Origin: Verrucomicrobiota bacterium
GTDB taxonomy: Bacteria; Verrucomicrobiota; Verrucomicrobiia; Methylacidiphilales; JBCBYL01
Direction: 5' to 3'
NCBI GenBank assembly: GCA_039815855.1
Contig: JBCBYL010000002.1
Span: forward strand, 1-47,929
DNA: 47,929 nucleotides
How positions within the stretch are numbered: position 1 is the stretch's first letter; the number at the start of each line of letters is the position of its first letter. This document shows, piece by piece, positions 1-8,734 of the stretch. A program made the position numbers and the translations under genes. The notes beneath the pieces were generated by a model that saw only the letters and a list, made by a program, of their open reading frames with translations, was not told the origin of the DNA and made no database searches.

Positions 1-1
1 A

Positions 2-25
2 CCAAAATTCTCTAGAGAATTTTGG
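2..25 (-). terminator. Inverted repeat (possible terminator hairpin) overlapping the stop codon of the four-helix-bundle gene
   Basis: Perfect 24-nt palindrome ccaaaattctct/agagaattttgg. It could fold as a 10-bp stem with a ctag loop that contains the TAG stop on the - strand. The downstream U-tract cannot be assessed because the window ends. Confidence 0.2.
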
Positions 26-341
26 TCAACTCTTCGGTTTCTATCATCAGGCCAGATAGCTTCGTAGCCGGAATCAGCTTTGAATCGCTGAAGAGCTCTA
101 ACCAGTAGGCGCTTTCTTCCAGTTCCTTGAGGCATTCTCCCAGTTTTGCTCGAAATTCTGCCGTGCTCCGTGCCCTTACCGCTTCGCGATAATTCGCTCC
201 GACTGAAGTGGCAGACCGCAGTAATTGATGTCCCAATACTTGAGCGGCTCCTCTCGAAGGAAGAGTTCCATAGAGACGGATTACTCTCAAAGAGAACTGC
301 TTGGTTCTCTCTTTGAGCATCTCTCTGATCTCGCTCATCAT
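12..341 (-). CDS. Four-helix-bundle protein (23S rRNA intervening-sequence protein family)
   Basis: 109-aa ORF. The motifs LRSATSVGANYREA and EESAYWLEL match this family as I remember it. It starts 30 nt downstream of the nrdA stop on the same strand. Confidence 0.75.
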   Translation of the reverse strand: MMSEIREMLKERTKQFSLRVIRLYGTLPSRGAAQVLGHQLLRSATSVGANYREAVRARSTAEFRAKLGECLKELEESAYWLELFSDSKLIPATKLSGLMIETEELTKIL

Positions 342-371
342 TCATCATTCTTAATTGATAATTATAGTATT

Positions 372-3245
372 TTACTGACAGGCCTCACACTCAGGGTCAG
401 TGATTGAGCAGGCCTTCGGTGTTGCCACCTGGCTGGGCTGTTCACGTTGAACCTGCACTTCAGAGGAAGCGGATTTACTCTTCATCCATCTTGGTTGCAG
501 ACCGCGCTTATTAATATCCATGGTCGATTTCTCAATTTGAGTCGCAGCCAAGGAGCGCAGGTAGTAAGTCGTCTTCAGTCCCTTTTCCCACGCGAACTGA
601 TACATATTGGCCAAGGTCTTCCCATCCGGCTTACCGATATAGAGATTCAGGCTCTGTCCCATATCGATCCATTTCTGGCGACGACTGGCGCATTCGATCA
701 GCCATTTCGCTTCCAGCTCGAATGCAGTGATAAAGAGCTGCTTTACATCATCAGGGATACGATCGATCGAAACGATTGATCCATCATAGTATTTGAGGTC
801 ATCAATCATTTCCTCATCCCAGAGCCCACGCTTTTTCAACTCATTGATCAAATAGACATTATTCACCGTGAACTCACCCGAGAGGTTTGATTTCACAAAC
901 AAGTGTTTGTACGCCGGCTCGATCGATTGGCTGACTCCTGATATATTGGAGATCGTCGCTGTTGGTGCGATCGCCATCGTGTTTGAGTTTCGCATTCCGT
1001 GCTCTTTGATCGCTGCACGCACCGTATCCCAATCTTTGGTTTGACTCCGGTCCACATCGACAAATCCACCGCGCTCTTCTTCCAGAAGGTCGAGGGTGTC
1101 GAGTGGTAGCAGTCCGCGGTCCCACTTTGATCCTGAGTAGCTAGGATAGGCACCGCGCTCACCAGCTAACTTCGTGGAGGCTAGAATCGCATAGTAGGAA
1201 ATCGCCTCCATGCTCACATCTGAGAAATCAATCGCTTCAAACGAGGCGTAGGAGACGCCGATTTCATAGAGTGCATCCTGGAATCCCATGATACCCATTC
1301 CAATGGGGCGGTGCTGTAAGTTCGAATTCTTCGCCTCCGGGGTCGGGTAATAGTTGATGTCGATGACATTATCGAGCATCCGGATGGCAGTCGTTACTGT
1401 TTGTTCCAGACGGGTTTCGTCCAATCCTGTTTTCTCCTTGTTGATATGACGGACAAGGTTAACGGATCCCAGGTTACAGACAGCGGTTTCATCTTTGCTC
1501 GTATTGAGGAGGATCTCCGTGCACAGATTTGAGCTGTGAACCACTCCGGTATGATCCTGCGGACTCCGGATGTTGGAAGGATCCTTGAAAGTAAACCAGG
1601 GGTGTCCGGTTTCAAAAAGCATCGTCAACATGCGGCGATAGATATCCACTGCCTCGACCGTCTTATACAACTTAACAATACCAGCCTCAGCCATCGCTTC
1701 ATAGGCTTCGTAACGTTCCTTAAACGCTTTGCCGTAAAGGTCGTGAAGGTCCGGTGTTTCGCTTGGATCAAATAAAGTCCACTGCCCACCTTCGCGAACC
1801 CGCTGCATAAATAAATCTGGAATCCAGTTCGCTGTATTCATGTCATGAGTCCGGCGACGTTCATCACCGGTATTCTTTCTCAGTTCGAGGAAGTCTTCGA
1901 TATCAAGATGCCAGGTTTCCAAGTAAGCACACATCGCACCCTTCCGCTTTCCGCCCTGATTGACGGCAACGGCAGTGTCATTAGCAACTTTCAGGAAGGG
2001 AATGACTCCCTGGCTGGTTCCATTCGTTCCCTTGATGTGAGACCCTGTCGCCCGCACATTGGACCAGTCATTTCCAAGACCTCCTGCCCACTTCGAAAGC
2101 CGTGCATCATCCGAAACCACTTTGAAAATGTGATCCAGGTCATCCATGATCGTGCTCAGATAACAAGAGCTCAGCTGTGGGTGATTCGTTCCTGCATTGA
2201 ATAAAGTCGGTGTCGATGAAACGAAATAGAACTGGCTCAGCACATTGTAGAACTCAATGGCGCGATCCTCTTTATCTGCACCCTCGTTCGCTGCCAAGCC
2301 CATGGCCACCCGCATCCAGAAGTATTGTGGTGATTCGATACGTCGTCCCTCATGGTGAAGCAGGTAGCGATCATAAACCGTCTGCAGCCCGAGGTAGGTA
2401 AATTGCAAATCTCTCTCCAGAACCAGAGCATTGGCAATCTTAGTCAGATCGTACTCTTGTAACCCTGGTGCCAGCCGTCCGACATCGATTCCGAATTCGA
2501 TATAGTCTTTAAACCCTTCGCGGTGCTTTGCGTTGAGTTCGATGTGGTTGAACTCGTCCTGAAGCACTTCCTGGTAAATCCGGTCGAGAAGCAGACGTGA
2601 TGAAACATACGTGTAGGCAGGCTCACGTTCGATCCGTGCTTTGGCTGCCATGATAAGGGCTTGTTCCACCTCAGTTTCTTTCACGCCGTCATAGAGATTT
2701 TGGATCGCCTCATCGGTGATTTCCTGAGATGAGCATACTTGCTCTAAATCGCGACAGGCACGGATGACCTTACGACGCAGCTTCTGGAGATCGAGTAAGA
2801 CGCGGGTCCCATCCTTTTTCTCCATATAGAGGACTGGTTGGGACGCATCTGACTTATTTTCTCCGCGCAAAGCACGGGCCTTCTTTCGCTCCTCACGATA
2901 GACGATGTACCGACGTGCCACACTGTGATGCCCGGCAGACATTAATTCGGTTTCCACGCAATCCTGGATACGCTCCACTTCCAGTTGCTCGCCATGGACA
3001 GCCTTCGCCAGGGTCTTACGTACGACCGCTTCCGTCACATTTTTTACAGATTCCTGAGTGGCTGCATCCAGGTCCTGATCCAAATCAACACCAAAGTCCG
3101 CCTTAAACGCGCTCTCGATCGCTAGTTGTATTCGTTGGTCATTAAATACCTCTTGCCTGCCATCGCGCTTGCGAATAATAAAATCCTGTCTTTCTAGTGG
3201 GTCTACCCCGTTCAATCCCATCTGTCCTTTAGGTGCGTCGCTCAT
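372..3245 (-). CDS. nrdA: Ribonucleoside-diphosphate reductase, class I large (alpha) subunit with N-terminal ATP-cone
   Basis: 957-aa ORF. It has an ATP-cone-like N-terminus ([17 protein letters not shown]), the class I active-site loop SSNLCTEI, and a C-terminal redox Cys pair (ECEACQ). Confidence 0.92.
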   Translation of the reverse strand: MSDAPKGQMGLNGVDPLERQDFIIRKRDGRQEVFNDQRIQLAIESAFKADFGVDLDQDLDAATQESVKNVTEAVVRKTLAKAVHGEQLEVERIQDCVETELMSAGHHSVARRYIVYREERKKARALRGENKSDASQPVLYMEKKDGTRVLLDLQKLRRKVIRACRDLEQVCSSQEITDEAIQNLYDGVKETEVEQALIMAAKARIEREPAYTYVSSRLLLDRIYQEVLQDEFNHIELNAKHREGFKDYIEFGIDVGRLAPGLQEYDLTKIANALVLERDLQFTYLGLQTVYDRYLLHHEGRRIESPQYFWMRVAMGLAANEGADKEDRAIEFYNVLSQFYFVSSTPTLFNAGTNHPQLSSCYLSTIMDDLDHIFKVVSDDARLSKWAGGLGNDWSNVRATGSHIKGTNGTSQGVIPFLKVANDTAVAVNQGGKRKGAMCAYLETWHLDIEDFLELRKNTGDERRRTHDMNTANWIPDLFMQRVREGGQWTLFDPSETPDLHDLYGKAFKERYEAYEAMAEAGIVKLYKTVEAVDIYRRMLTMLFETGHPWFTFKDPSNIRSPQDHTGVVHSSNLCTEILLNTSKDETAVCNLGSVNLVRHINKEKTGLDETRLEQTVTTAIRMLDNVIDINYYPTPEAKNSNLQHRPIGMGIMGFQDALYEIGVSYASFEAIDFSDVSMEAISYYAILASTKLAGERGAYPSYSGSKWDRGLLPLDTLDLLEEERGGFVDVDRSQTKDWDTVRAAIKEHGMRNSNTMAIAPTATISNISGVSQSIEPAYKHLFVKSNLSGEFTVNNVYLINELKKRGLWDEEMIDDLKYYDGSIVSIDRIPDDVKQLFITAFELEAKWLIECASRRQKWIDMGQSLNLYIGKPDGKTLANMYQFAWEKGLKTTYYLRSLAATQIEKSTMDINKRGLQPRWMKSKSASSEVQVQREQPSQVATPKACSITDPECEACQ

Positions 3246-3440
3246 CCTCTTTATCTCCTGTTTTTACTTAATTTCTTTTAAAATCCACACAGTTGTCGCC
3301 AATTTGTTGTTAAAGGAGCCCAAAAAACCTCGTGGTTTGGCTACTCCATGACCACAAGGTGTTGTGTCCCCAACAAAGAACTATACAAGATACAGCCAGA
3401 GTTTTGCTATTGAGTCAATGGGAAATCTAGGATTTTTCCC

Positions 3441-3484
3441 TTATATAGTATATCGAGAGCCGATTAAGCCACTATATATAGTAT
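3441..3484 (-). promoter_or_regulatory. Candidate tandem NrdR boxes upstream of nrdA
   Basis: Box 2, ccactatatatagtat (3469-3484), matches 14 of 16 positions of the remembered NrdR consensus acacTATATATAGTGT. Box 1, atatagtatat (3443-3453), is a weaker AT palindrome. The box centres are about 28-29 bp apart and lie about 200-240 nt upstream of the nrdA start. Confidence 0.4.
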
Positions 3485-3661
3485 TCATCTTTTTCTAAGT
3501 CCCTGATTTTCATATTTTTACGCATATTAGCGGTACAAGTTGGTTATTTAGAAAAAAATTCTAGGATTCCCTGCCTAGAGCTGCTTGCGCAACTATCTAC
3601 TAAAAAGGAGCCGAACCTATATTCAAAGATTGAAAGGCACAGAGGCACCGATACCTTTTCT

Positions 3662-4309
3662 ATGGTGATGGACATATTGAAAAAAGCTTGGGTTGGGTCG
3701 TTAGAGAACAGGATTGCGGAAATCGTCGAGCTCGTCGGGAAAGTGACGGTAGAGCGCAAAGAATTTCTCGATACCGCTGCTGAGAGGATAGCGAAGGAGC
3801 TGAGCGCCCAGGAAGAAGCGAAGCTGAATTTCATCTGCACCCATAATAGCCGGCGCAGTCACCTGGCTCATGTCTGGGCCACCGTTGCTGCCCACGCTTA
3901 TGGTCTAGTTCATCTCTCTGCGTATTCAGGTGGAACGGAAGCAACCGCCTGTAACGAAAGAACGGTTTCCTCCCTCAAGCGATCGGGCTTTGAAATCAGC
4001 AAAAAGGGGGAGGGTGAAAATCCCCACTATTTGTGCAAATACTCAACCTCGGCCCCAGCCATTGATCTTTTTTCTAAGGTCTATGACCAGGAGGGGAATC
4101 CGGAATCCAGATACTTTGCGATGATGTGCTGCTCAGATGTGGACGAAGCCTGTCCGATCATACATGGAGCCCATGCTCGCATTCCGCTTCATTACCAGGA
4201 CCCGAAGTCGTCTGATGGCACCCCTGAGGAAGCGGCAACCTATGATCAGCGTTCAGAACAAATCGGAGCGGAAATGTTTTATTTGATGCGACAAGTCGCA
4301 TCAAAATGA
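3662..4309 (+). CDS. LMW-PTP-family arsenate reductase / protein-tyrosine phosphatase-like protein with N-terminal extension
   Basis: 215-aa ORF. The P-loop is CTHNSRRS (CX5R-S). The distal cysteine pair in CCSDVDEACP has the 7-residue spacing of thioredoxin-coupled ArsC. About 55 aa precede the P-loop. Confidence 0.7.
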   Translation: MVMDILKKAWVGSLENRIAEIVELVGKVTVERKEFLDTAAERIAKELSAQEEAKLNFICTHNSRRSHLAHVWATVAAHAYGLVHLSAYSGGTEATACNERTVSSLKRSGFEISKKGEGENPHYLCKYSTSAPAIDLFSKVYDQEGNPESRYFAMMCCSDVDEACPIIHGAHARIPLHYQDPKSSDGTPEEAATYDQRSEQIGAEMFYLMRQVASK

Positions 4310-4375
4310 AGAAGTTCGAATACAGAAGGCAGAGTTTCAATCTACGCTTCCTGCTCTCTGCTTACCGCTTCCTGC

Positions 4376-7300
4376 TCACCGATACCTCTTCCGCTTTGGC
4401 GCGGGGTCTGGGTCTTTAACCCGGAGCTTTACTTTCTCAGGTCCTAATTTTTTCCGCAGTTCTTTGAGGACCGGGTAGCGAAGGTCCAAGTGAAAGCGCT
4501 GACCTGATTCCATGACTGCAGCCCCGCCCTTCTCTCCCGGGATAACCAGACAGAGCGGTGTGGGGCCATGATGATCCTCAGTTACTTTTTGAATCTGAGC
4601 AAAATGAGTGGGCTCACATTCTTCCCTTGAGAGGACGAGATAAACTTCCCTGATCTCAGCAGGACATAATTCATCCAGGGTCTGAATCTGGTAGGGAACA
4701 ACCTTGGCCTCTTCCTGTCGGGACCGCTCAATCTGGCAGGTGAGCACAATCGGGGTGCCGGGCTCCAGCTTTTCTCCGAATTGAGCATAGGTATCCGGCC
4801 AGACCATCGCCTCGACGGTCCCTACCCGGTCTTCGACGACGAGCCGTGCGAAGGGCTTCTTGCTCTTCTTGGCGATGCGCACCTCCCTGGCTGAGATGAG
4901 TCCTGCCAGTCGCACAATCGCCCGGTCCACCTCGCCGGCGACCTCAGCAGTCTGGTGGCTACGGAAGGCTCTGAGATCAAATTCAAATTCATCAATCGGA
5001 TGTCCACTAAAGTAACAGCCGAGGAGTTCCTTCTCATATTGCAATGACTCCGCTTTAGGCCAGAGCCTTCGTTTTTCAAGGACATCCGTGTTCTCGGATT
5101 GGAGATCATCTGAAAGACCATCATCAAAAAGACTGGACTGACCCGCCGCCCGGTCACGGGCGTCACTGGATGCTCTCGCCAGTGCTGGCTCGATCAATTC
5201 CATCATTCCTGCCCGGTTCGGATGAATCTCATCGAACGCACCTGACTTGACCAGGGCTTCGATGGTTCGGCGATTCAACGCTCCGAAATCCACTCGACTA
5301 CAGAAATCAGCCATACTCTGGAATGGCCCTCCTTCCTGGCGAGCACTGACAATCGCTTCAGAAACCCCGACTCCCACATTCTTAATGGCTGCCATTCCGT
5401 AACGGATCGATTCTGAAGCGTGAGCAGAATCGCCCTCAATCGAAAATTTCACGGCACTCTTATTGATGGAAGGACAGAGGACATCGATCCCCATTTCACG
5501 CGCTTCCGAAATAAAGAGTGAAATCTTATCGGTATTATCGAGATCATTACAGAGGAGGGCACAAAGAAAGTGAGTCGGGTAATTCGCTTTCAGGTATGCG
5601 GTCTGGTAGGAGATGATGCCGTAAGCTGCACTGTGAGATTTGTTAAATCCGTAACCAGCAAATTTCTCCAGGAGGGCAAAAATATCGGTAGCTTTCTTTT
5701 TCGGGATTTGATTGAGCTCCGCGCAGCCCTGGATAAACCTCTCCCGCTGCTGATCCATGACCTCCTTCTTCTTCTTACCCATGGCACGACGGAAGAGATC
5801 CGCTTCTCCGAGACTGTATCCGGCGAGGAGCTGTGCCGCTTTCATGACCTGCTCCTGATAAATCAGAAAGCCATAGGTCTCTTTGGAAATTTCTTCCAGA
5901 AGGGGGTGATCGTAAGTGACTTCTTTTTCTCCCTTTTTACAGGCAATGTAGTCCGGTATCAGTTCCATCGGCCCCGGACGATAAAGTGCAATCAAGGCGA
6001 TAATATCATCGACCGAACTCACATCGAATTGACGGCAAAGCTTTCTCATCCCCGGAGATTCCACCTGAAAGACGCCCACGTTCCGCCCCTGATTGAGCAA
6101 TTCGTAGGTGGCAGGATCATCCAGTGGTAACTGGAGCGGATCAATTTTGATCCCACGGGTTTCCTGAATAAAATCAACCGCGTTCTGAATCACGGTCAGG
6201 GTCTTAAGCCCCAGGAAGTCCATTTTCAGCATCCCGACCGACTCCAACATCCCCATGCTGTACTGGGTCATAATGTTCCCATGATCATCACGGGTCAGAG
6301 GCATGTGTTCAGTGAGTTCCCCGTCCGCAATCACCACCCCAGCCGCGTGGGTCCCTGTCTGGCGGGCCATCCCCTCTAGCTGCAGGGCGTGATTGATACA
6401 TTCGTTGGCTTCATCCTCCGAATCATAGACGGTCTTAAATTCCGGATTCTCGACCATCGCTTTTTCGATCGTAATCTTGGGGTCCTTCGGAATCATATCG
6501 GCAATCCGGGACGCATCTCCAAATGACATTCCCATCACCCGAGCCACATCTCGCACCGCCATCTTGGCCCCCATCGTTCCATAAGTGACAATCTGAGCCA
6601 CTGAGCGCTGACCGTATTTTTCACGGACGTAATGAATGACTTCCGCACGCCGGTCCTGACAAAAATCCACATCAATATCAGGTGGACTCACCCGTTCCGG
6701 ATTGAGGAATCTCTCGAAAATTAACCCGTAGCGAATCGGGTCCAGATCTGTGATCTCCAGCACGTATGCCACCATACTTCCGGCACCACTGCCCCGGCCC
6801 GGGCCTACCGGAATACCGTTCTCCTTCGCATAACGGATAAAGTCCCAAACGATGAGAAAGTAACTGACAAAGCCCATCTTTTCGATGATCCCCAGCTCGT
6901 AGTCGAGCCGTTCGGTCAGCTCAGGATCGGTGTCAACCTGGTCACCGAAGCGCTGACGTAATCCCTGATGACAAAGCTCTCTGAGATAAGCTTCCCGCTC
7001 GACCCCCTTCTCAACCGGATAAGCCGGGTATTTATTCACTCCAAATTCCAGGTTCAGATCACACCGTTCAGCAATCTTCACCGTATTCGCAATCGCTTCC
7101 GGAACATCTTGGAAGAGGTCGCGCATCTCTGCTTCCGATTTGAGATAGAATTCACTGGAGAGTTGAACCTCTCGATCCGCATCATCGATCCGAGAACTGG
7201 TGCGGATGCAACTCAGGATATCATGGGTCTGGGCATGATCCTTCTTCACGTAGAAAACATCATTCGTCGCCACTAATGGAATGTGGAGTCGCTGACTGAG

Positions 7301-7849
7301 TGCGACTAACTCCTGACGCAGTTGACCGTCACCGGTCAGGCCGTGATCTTGAATCTCCAGGTAAAAGTCATCAGGGCCCCAGACACTCTTGAGCTCAGTT
7401 GCCAAAGCCTCGGCCTCCTCTTTCAAACCATTGATGATCAGTTGGGTGATCTCTCCGCGCCTGCCTCCAGAGAGAGCGATGAGGCCATCCCTATGATCCC
7501 TCAGCATATCCAGGGGGACCTTCTTTTCCGATCCTTCTGACTCTAAGTGACCGTGGGTGACAATTTTCATCAGGTTCACATATCCCACATCATTCCTGGT
7601 CAGAAGAATCAGGCTGCCATGTCCCTGCTTTCCTCGATCCAGACAGATCTCTGCACCGAGAATCGGTTTAATCTCAGCACTCTGTGCCTTTTGATAGAAT
7701 TCAATGGCTCCGAACATATTGCCCAAATCCGTCAGGGCTAACGCTTCCATCCCGGTTTCCTTTGCGGACTTGACTAGATCTGGGACGCGGCATGGTGCTT
7801 CCAGCATGGAATACATCGAGTGCACATTAAGGTGGACGAATCCGGACAT
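4376..7849 (-). CDS. dnaE: DNA polymerase III alpha subunit
   Basis: The ORF is open to a GTG at 7870, but the ATG at 7849 (MSGFVHLNVHSMYSMLEA, a typical PHP-domain start) is preceded by GGAGG/GGAAGG. Polymerase core, HhH and OB-fold regions are recognisable. About 1157-1164 aa. Confidence 0.95.
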   Translation of the reverse strand: MSGFVHLNVHSMYSMLEAPCRVPDLVKSAKETGMEALALTDLGNMFGAIEFYQKAQSAEIKPILGAEICLDRGKQGHGSLILLTRNDVGYVNLMKIVTHGHLESEGSEKKVPLDMLRDHRDGLIALSGGRRGEITQLIINGLKEEAEALATELKSVWGPDDFYLEIQDHGLTGDGQLRQELVALSQRLHIPLVATNDVFYVKKDHAQTHDILSCIRTSSRIDDADREVQLSSEFYLKSEAEMRDLFQDVPEAIANTVKIAERCDLNLEFGVNKYPAYPVEKGVEREAYLRELCHQGLRQRFGDQVDTDPELTERLDYELGIIEKMGFVSYFLIVWDFIRYAKENGIPVGPGRGSGAGSMVAYVLEITDLDPIRYGLIFERFLNPERVSPPDIDVDFCQDRRAEVIHYVREKYGQRSVAQIVTYGTMGAKMAVRDVARVMGMSFGDASRIADMIPKDPKITIEKAMVENPEFKTVYDSEDEANECINHALQLEGMARQTGTHAAGVVIADGELTEHMPLTRDDHGNIMTQYSMGMLESVGMLKMDFLGLKTLTVIQNAVDFIQETRGIKIDPLQLPLDDPATYELLNQGRNVGVFQVESPGMRKLCRQFDVSSVDDIIALIALYRPGPMELIPDYIACKKGEKEVTYDHPLLEEISKETYGFLIYQEQVMKAAQLLAGYSLGEADLFRRAMGKKKKEVMDQQRERFIQGCAELNQIPKKKATDIFALLEKFAGYGFNKSHSAAYGIISYQTAYLKANYPTHFLCALLCNDLDNTDKISLFISEAREMGIDVLCPSINKSAVKFSIEGDSAHASESIRYGMAAIKNVGVGVSEAIVSARQEGGPFQSMADFCSRVDFGALNRRTIEALVKSGAFDEIHPNRAGMMELIEPALARASSDARDRAAGQSSLFDDGLSDDLQSENTDVLEKRRLWPKAESLQYEKELLGCYFSGHPIDEFEFDLRAFRSHQTAEVAGEVDRAIVRLAGLISAREVRIAKKSKKPFARLVVEDRVGTVEAMVWPDTYAQFGEKLEPGTPIVLTCQIERSRQEEAKVVPYQIQTLDELCPAEIREVYLVLSREECEPTHFAQIQKVTEDHHGPTPLCLVIPGEKGGAAVMESGQRFHLDLRYPVLKELRKKLGPEKVKLRVKDPDPAPKRKRYR

Positions 7850-7928
7850 GGCCTTCCAACCTACCTCCACTTGAAAGATCGAAAAGCCGAATCACGTGTC
7901 CCGGCAGCAAAAGGCGAGCAGCTCACAT

Positions 7929-8390
7929 GGCGCAATGATCTTTGGTGGTGAGTTCATCTCCCGTCATTGCGCTTGCCACGGCGAAGCTCTACGCGACTTG
8001 TGGGGTCGTAGTACGGCGGCTGCCGCACGAAGCCCCAAGACGGGAGAGCGTAGCGACGCGGCAATACGCTGTTCACGAATCCTGAGTGAACACTCCTATA
8101 CTCATTTCATTCTCGTTTAGTTTAACCGGAACAAAGTGGAGGTTAAAGAATCCAGATCGATTGACGTAAATCAACAAAGCCTGTCCACACCCTTGAGCCC
8201 TTGCGAATGGATTGCTTCACTCTGTTCGCAATGACCCAAGGTGGTGAATTCGTCTGTTGTCATTGCGAGGAGCGTAGCGACGCGGCAATCCAGACCGTAT
8301 GACGTAGAGGGGCCATACCAGTCAGCACTCTTAAGTCCTTACGTGTGGCTCCGGCTTCGTGCGGCAGGCGCAATGATCTTTGGTGGTGAG
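7929..8390 (+). repeat. Composite GC-rich hairpin repeat element, copy 1 (between divergent dnaE and rpsU)
   Basis: It is bounded by an exact 24-nt direct repeat ggcgcaatgatctttggtggtgag (7929-7952 and 8367-8390). It contains an 89-nt imperfect stem-loop closed by ctcccgtc/gacgggag (7958-8046). It also carries the modules gtcattgcgaggagcgtagcgacgcggcaatcc, ggattgcttcactctgttcgcaatgacc and atccagaYcgNNtgaYgta. It is homologous to 20484-20942 and 25225-25525. Confidence 0.85.
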
Positions 8391-8413
8391 CAATCCAAAA
8401 CCATTTCTTCTCA

Positions 8414-8442
8414 TTGACACCCATCTAAGGAGCCATTAGCTT
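8414..8442 (+). promoter_or_regulatory. Candidate sigma70-type promoter for rpsU
   Basis: ttgaca (8414-8419), then a 17-nt spacer, then tagctt (8437-8442). The -10 element is weak, and promoter rules for this phylum are uncertain. Confidence 0.25.
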
Positions 8443-8479
8443 TCAAACCCATTTTCACAGGAAGAGAGGTGATTATTTC

Positions 8480-8668
8480 ATGACTGAAGTCAAACTGAAG
8501 AAAGGCGAATCTGTCGACAAAGCACTGCGTCGGCTGAAGAAAAAGTTGGATCGCGAAGGAACCCTTCGTGAGGTCCGCATGCGTCGTAACTACGAAAAGC
8601 CGAGCGATCGCAAACGCCGCAAAGCGAAAGAGCCCAAGATCAATTACTGGGGCAACTTCCAACTCTGA
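8480..8668 (+). CDS. rpsU: 30S ribosomal protein S21
   Basis: 62-aa basic ORF with ESVDKALRRLKKKLDREG...YEKPSDRKRRK, typical of S21. An SD-like agaggtga lies 8 nt upstream. Confidence 0.93.
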   Translation: MTEVKLKKGESVDKALRRLKKKLDREGTLREVRMRRNYEKPSDRKRRKAKEPKINYWGNFQL

Positions 8669-8695
8669 CCTTCTAGTTAGAAGTTTTCATTTTAA

Positions 8696-8733
8696 CCCGA
8701 CTAGCGCAAGCTGGTCGGGTTATTTTGTTTTTT
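8696..8733 (+). terminator. Rho-independent terminator after rpsU
   Basis: The stem is cccgac-t-agc / gct-g-gtcggg with a GCAA tetraloop, followed by ttattttgtttttt. Confidence 0.75.
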
Positions 8734-8734
8734 G

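Noticed and set aside
3246-3540. Possible cobalamin riboswitch in the long nrdA leader
   Set aside because: On the - strand I find no B12-box-like GCCACTG core or other recognisable riboswitch element. There is only a small aaacc-acga-ggttt hairpin with a short U-run.
4335-4369. Direct repeat cgcttcctgctc occurring twice between the arsC-like gene and the dnaE 3' end
   Set aside because: It is short, has low information content, and partly overlaps the dnaE stop region. No function can be inferred.
5570-6130. 186-aa + strand ORF inside dnaE, and similar long antisense ORFs 21527..22189, 23213..23710 and 38830..39567
   Set aside because: Each is antisense to a gene with strong family motifs (dnaE, malic enzyme, sulfatase, the giant protein). 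Such shadow ORFs are common, and none has motifs of its own.
7896-8120. 74-aa + strand ORF over repeat copy 1, and the analogous - strand ORFs 20391..20615 and 25191..25478 over copies 2 and 3
   Set aside because: These lie entirely within the intergenic repeat. Copy 3 differs by a net 41-nt indel, which is not a multiple of 3. Of the five codons that differ between copies 1 and 2, four are non-synonymous. The translations (..SRHCACHGEALRD.., ..RRGRRNDGR..) are low-complexity artefacts of GC-rich hairpins.
7929-8390. Possible CRISPR array or IS/MITE with a transposase
   Set aside because: The sub-repeats are degenerate and of unequal length, with no uniform spacer pattern. No cas gene or transposase ORF is nearby. 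The 24-nt flanking direct repeat is itself part of the module periodicity rather than a clean target-site duplication.
8411-8662. 83-aa - strand ORF
   Set aside because: It is antisense to the well-supported rpsU gene and has no recognisable motifs.
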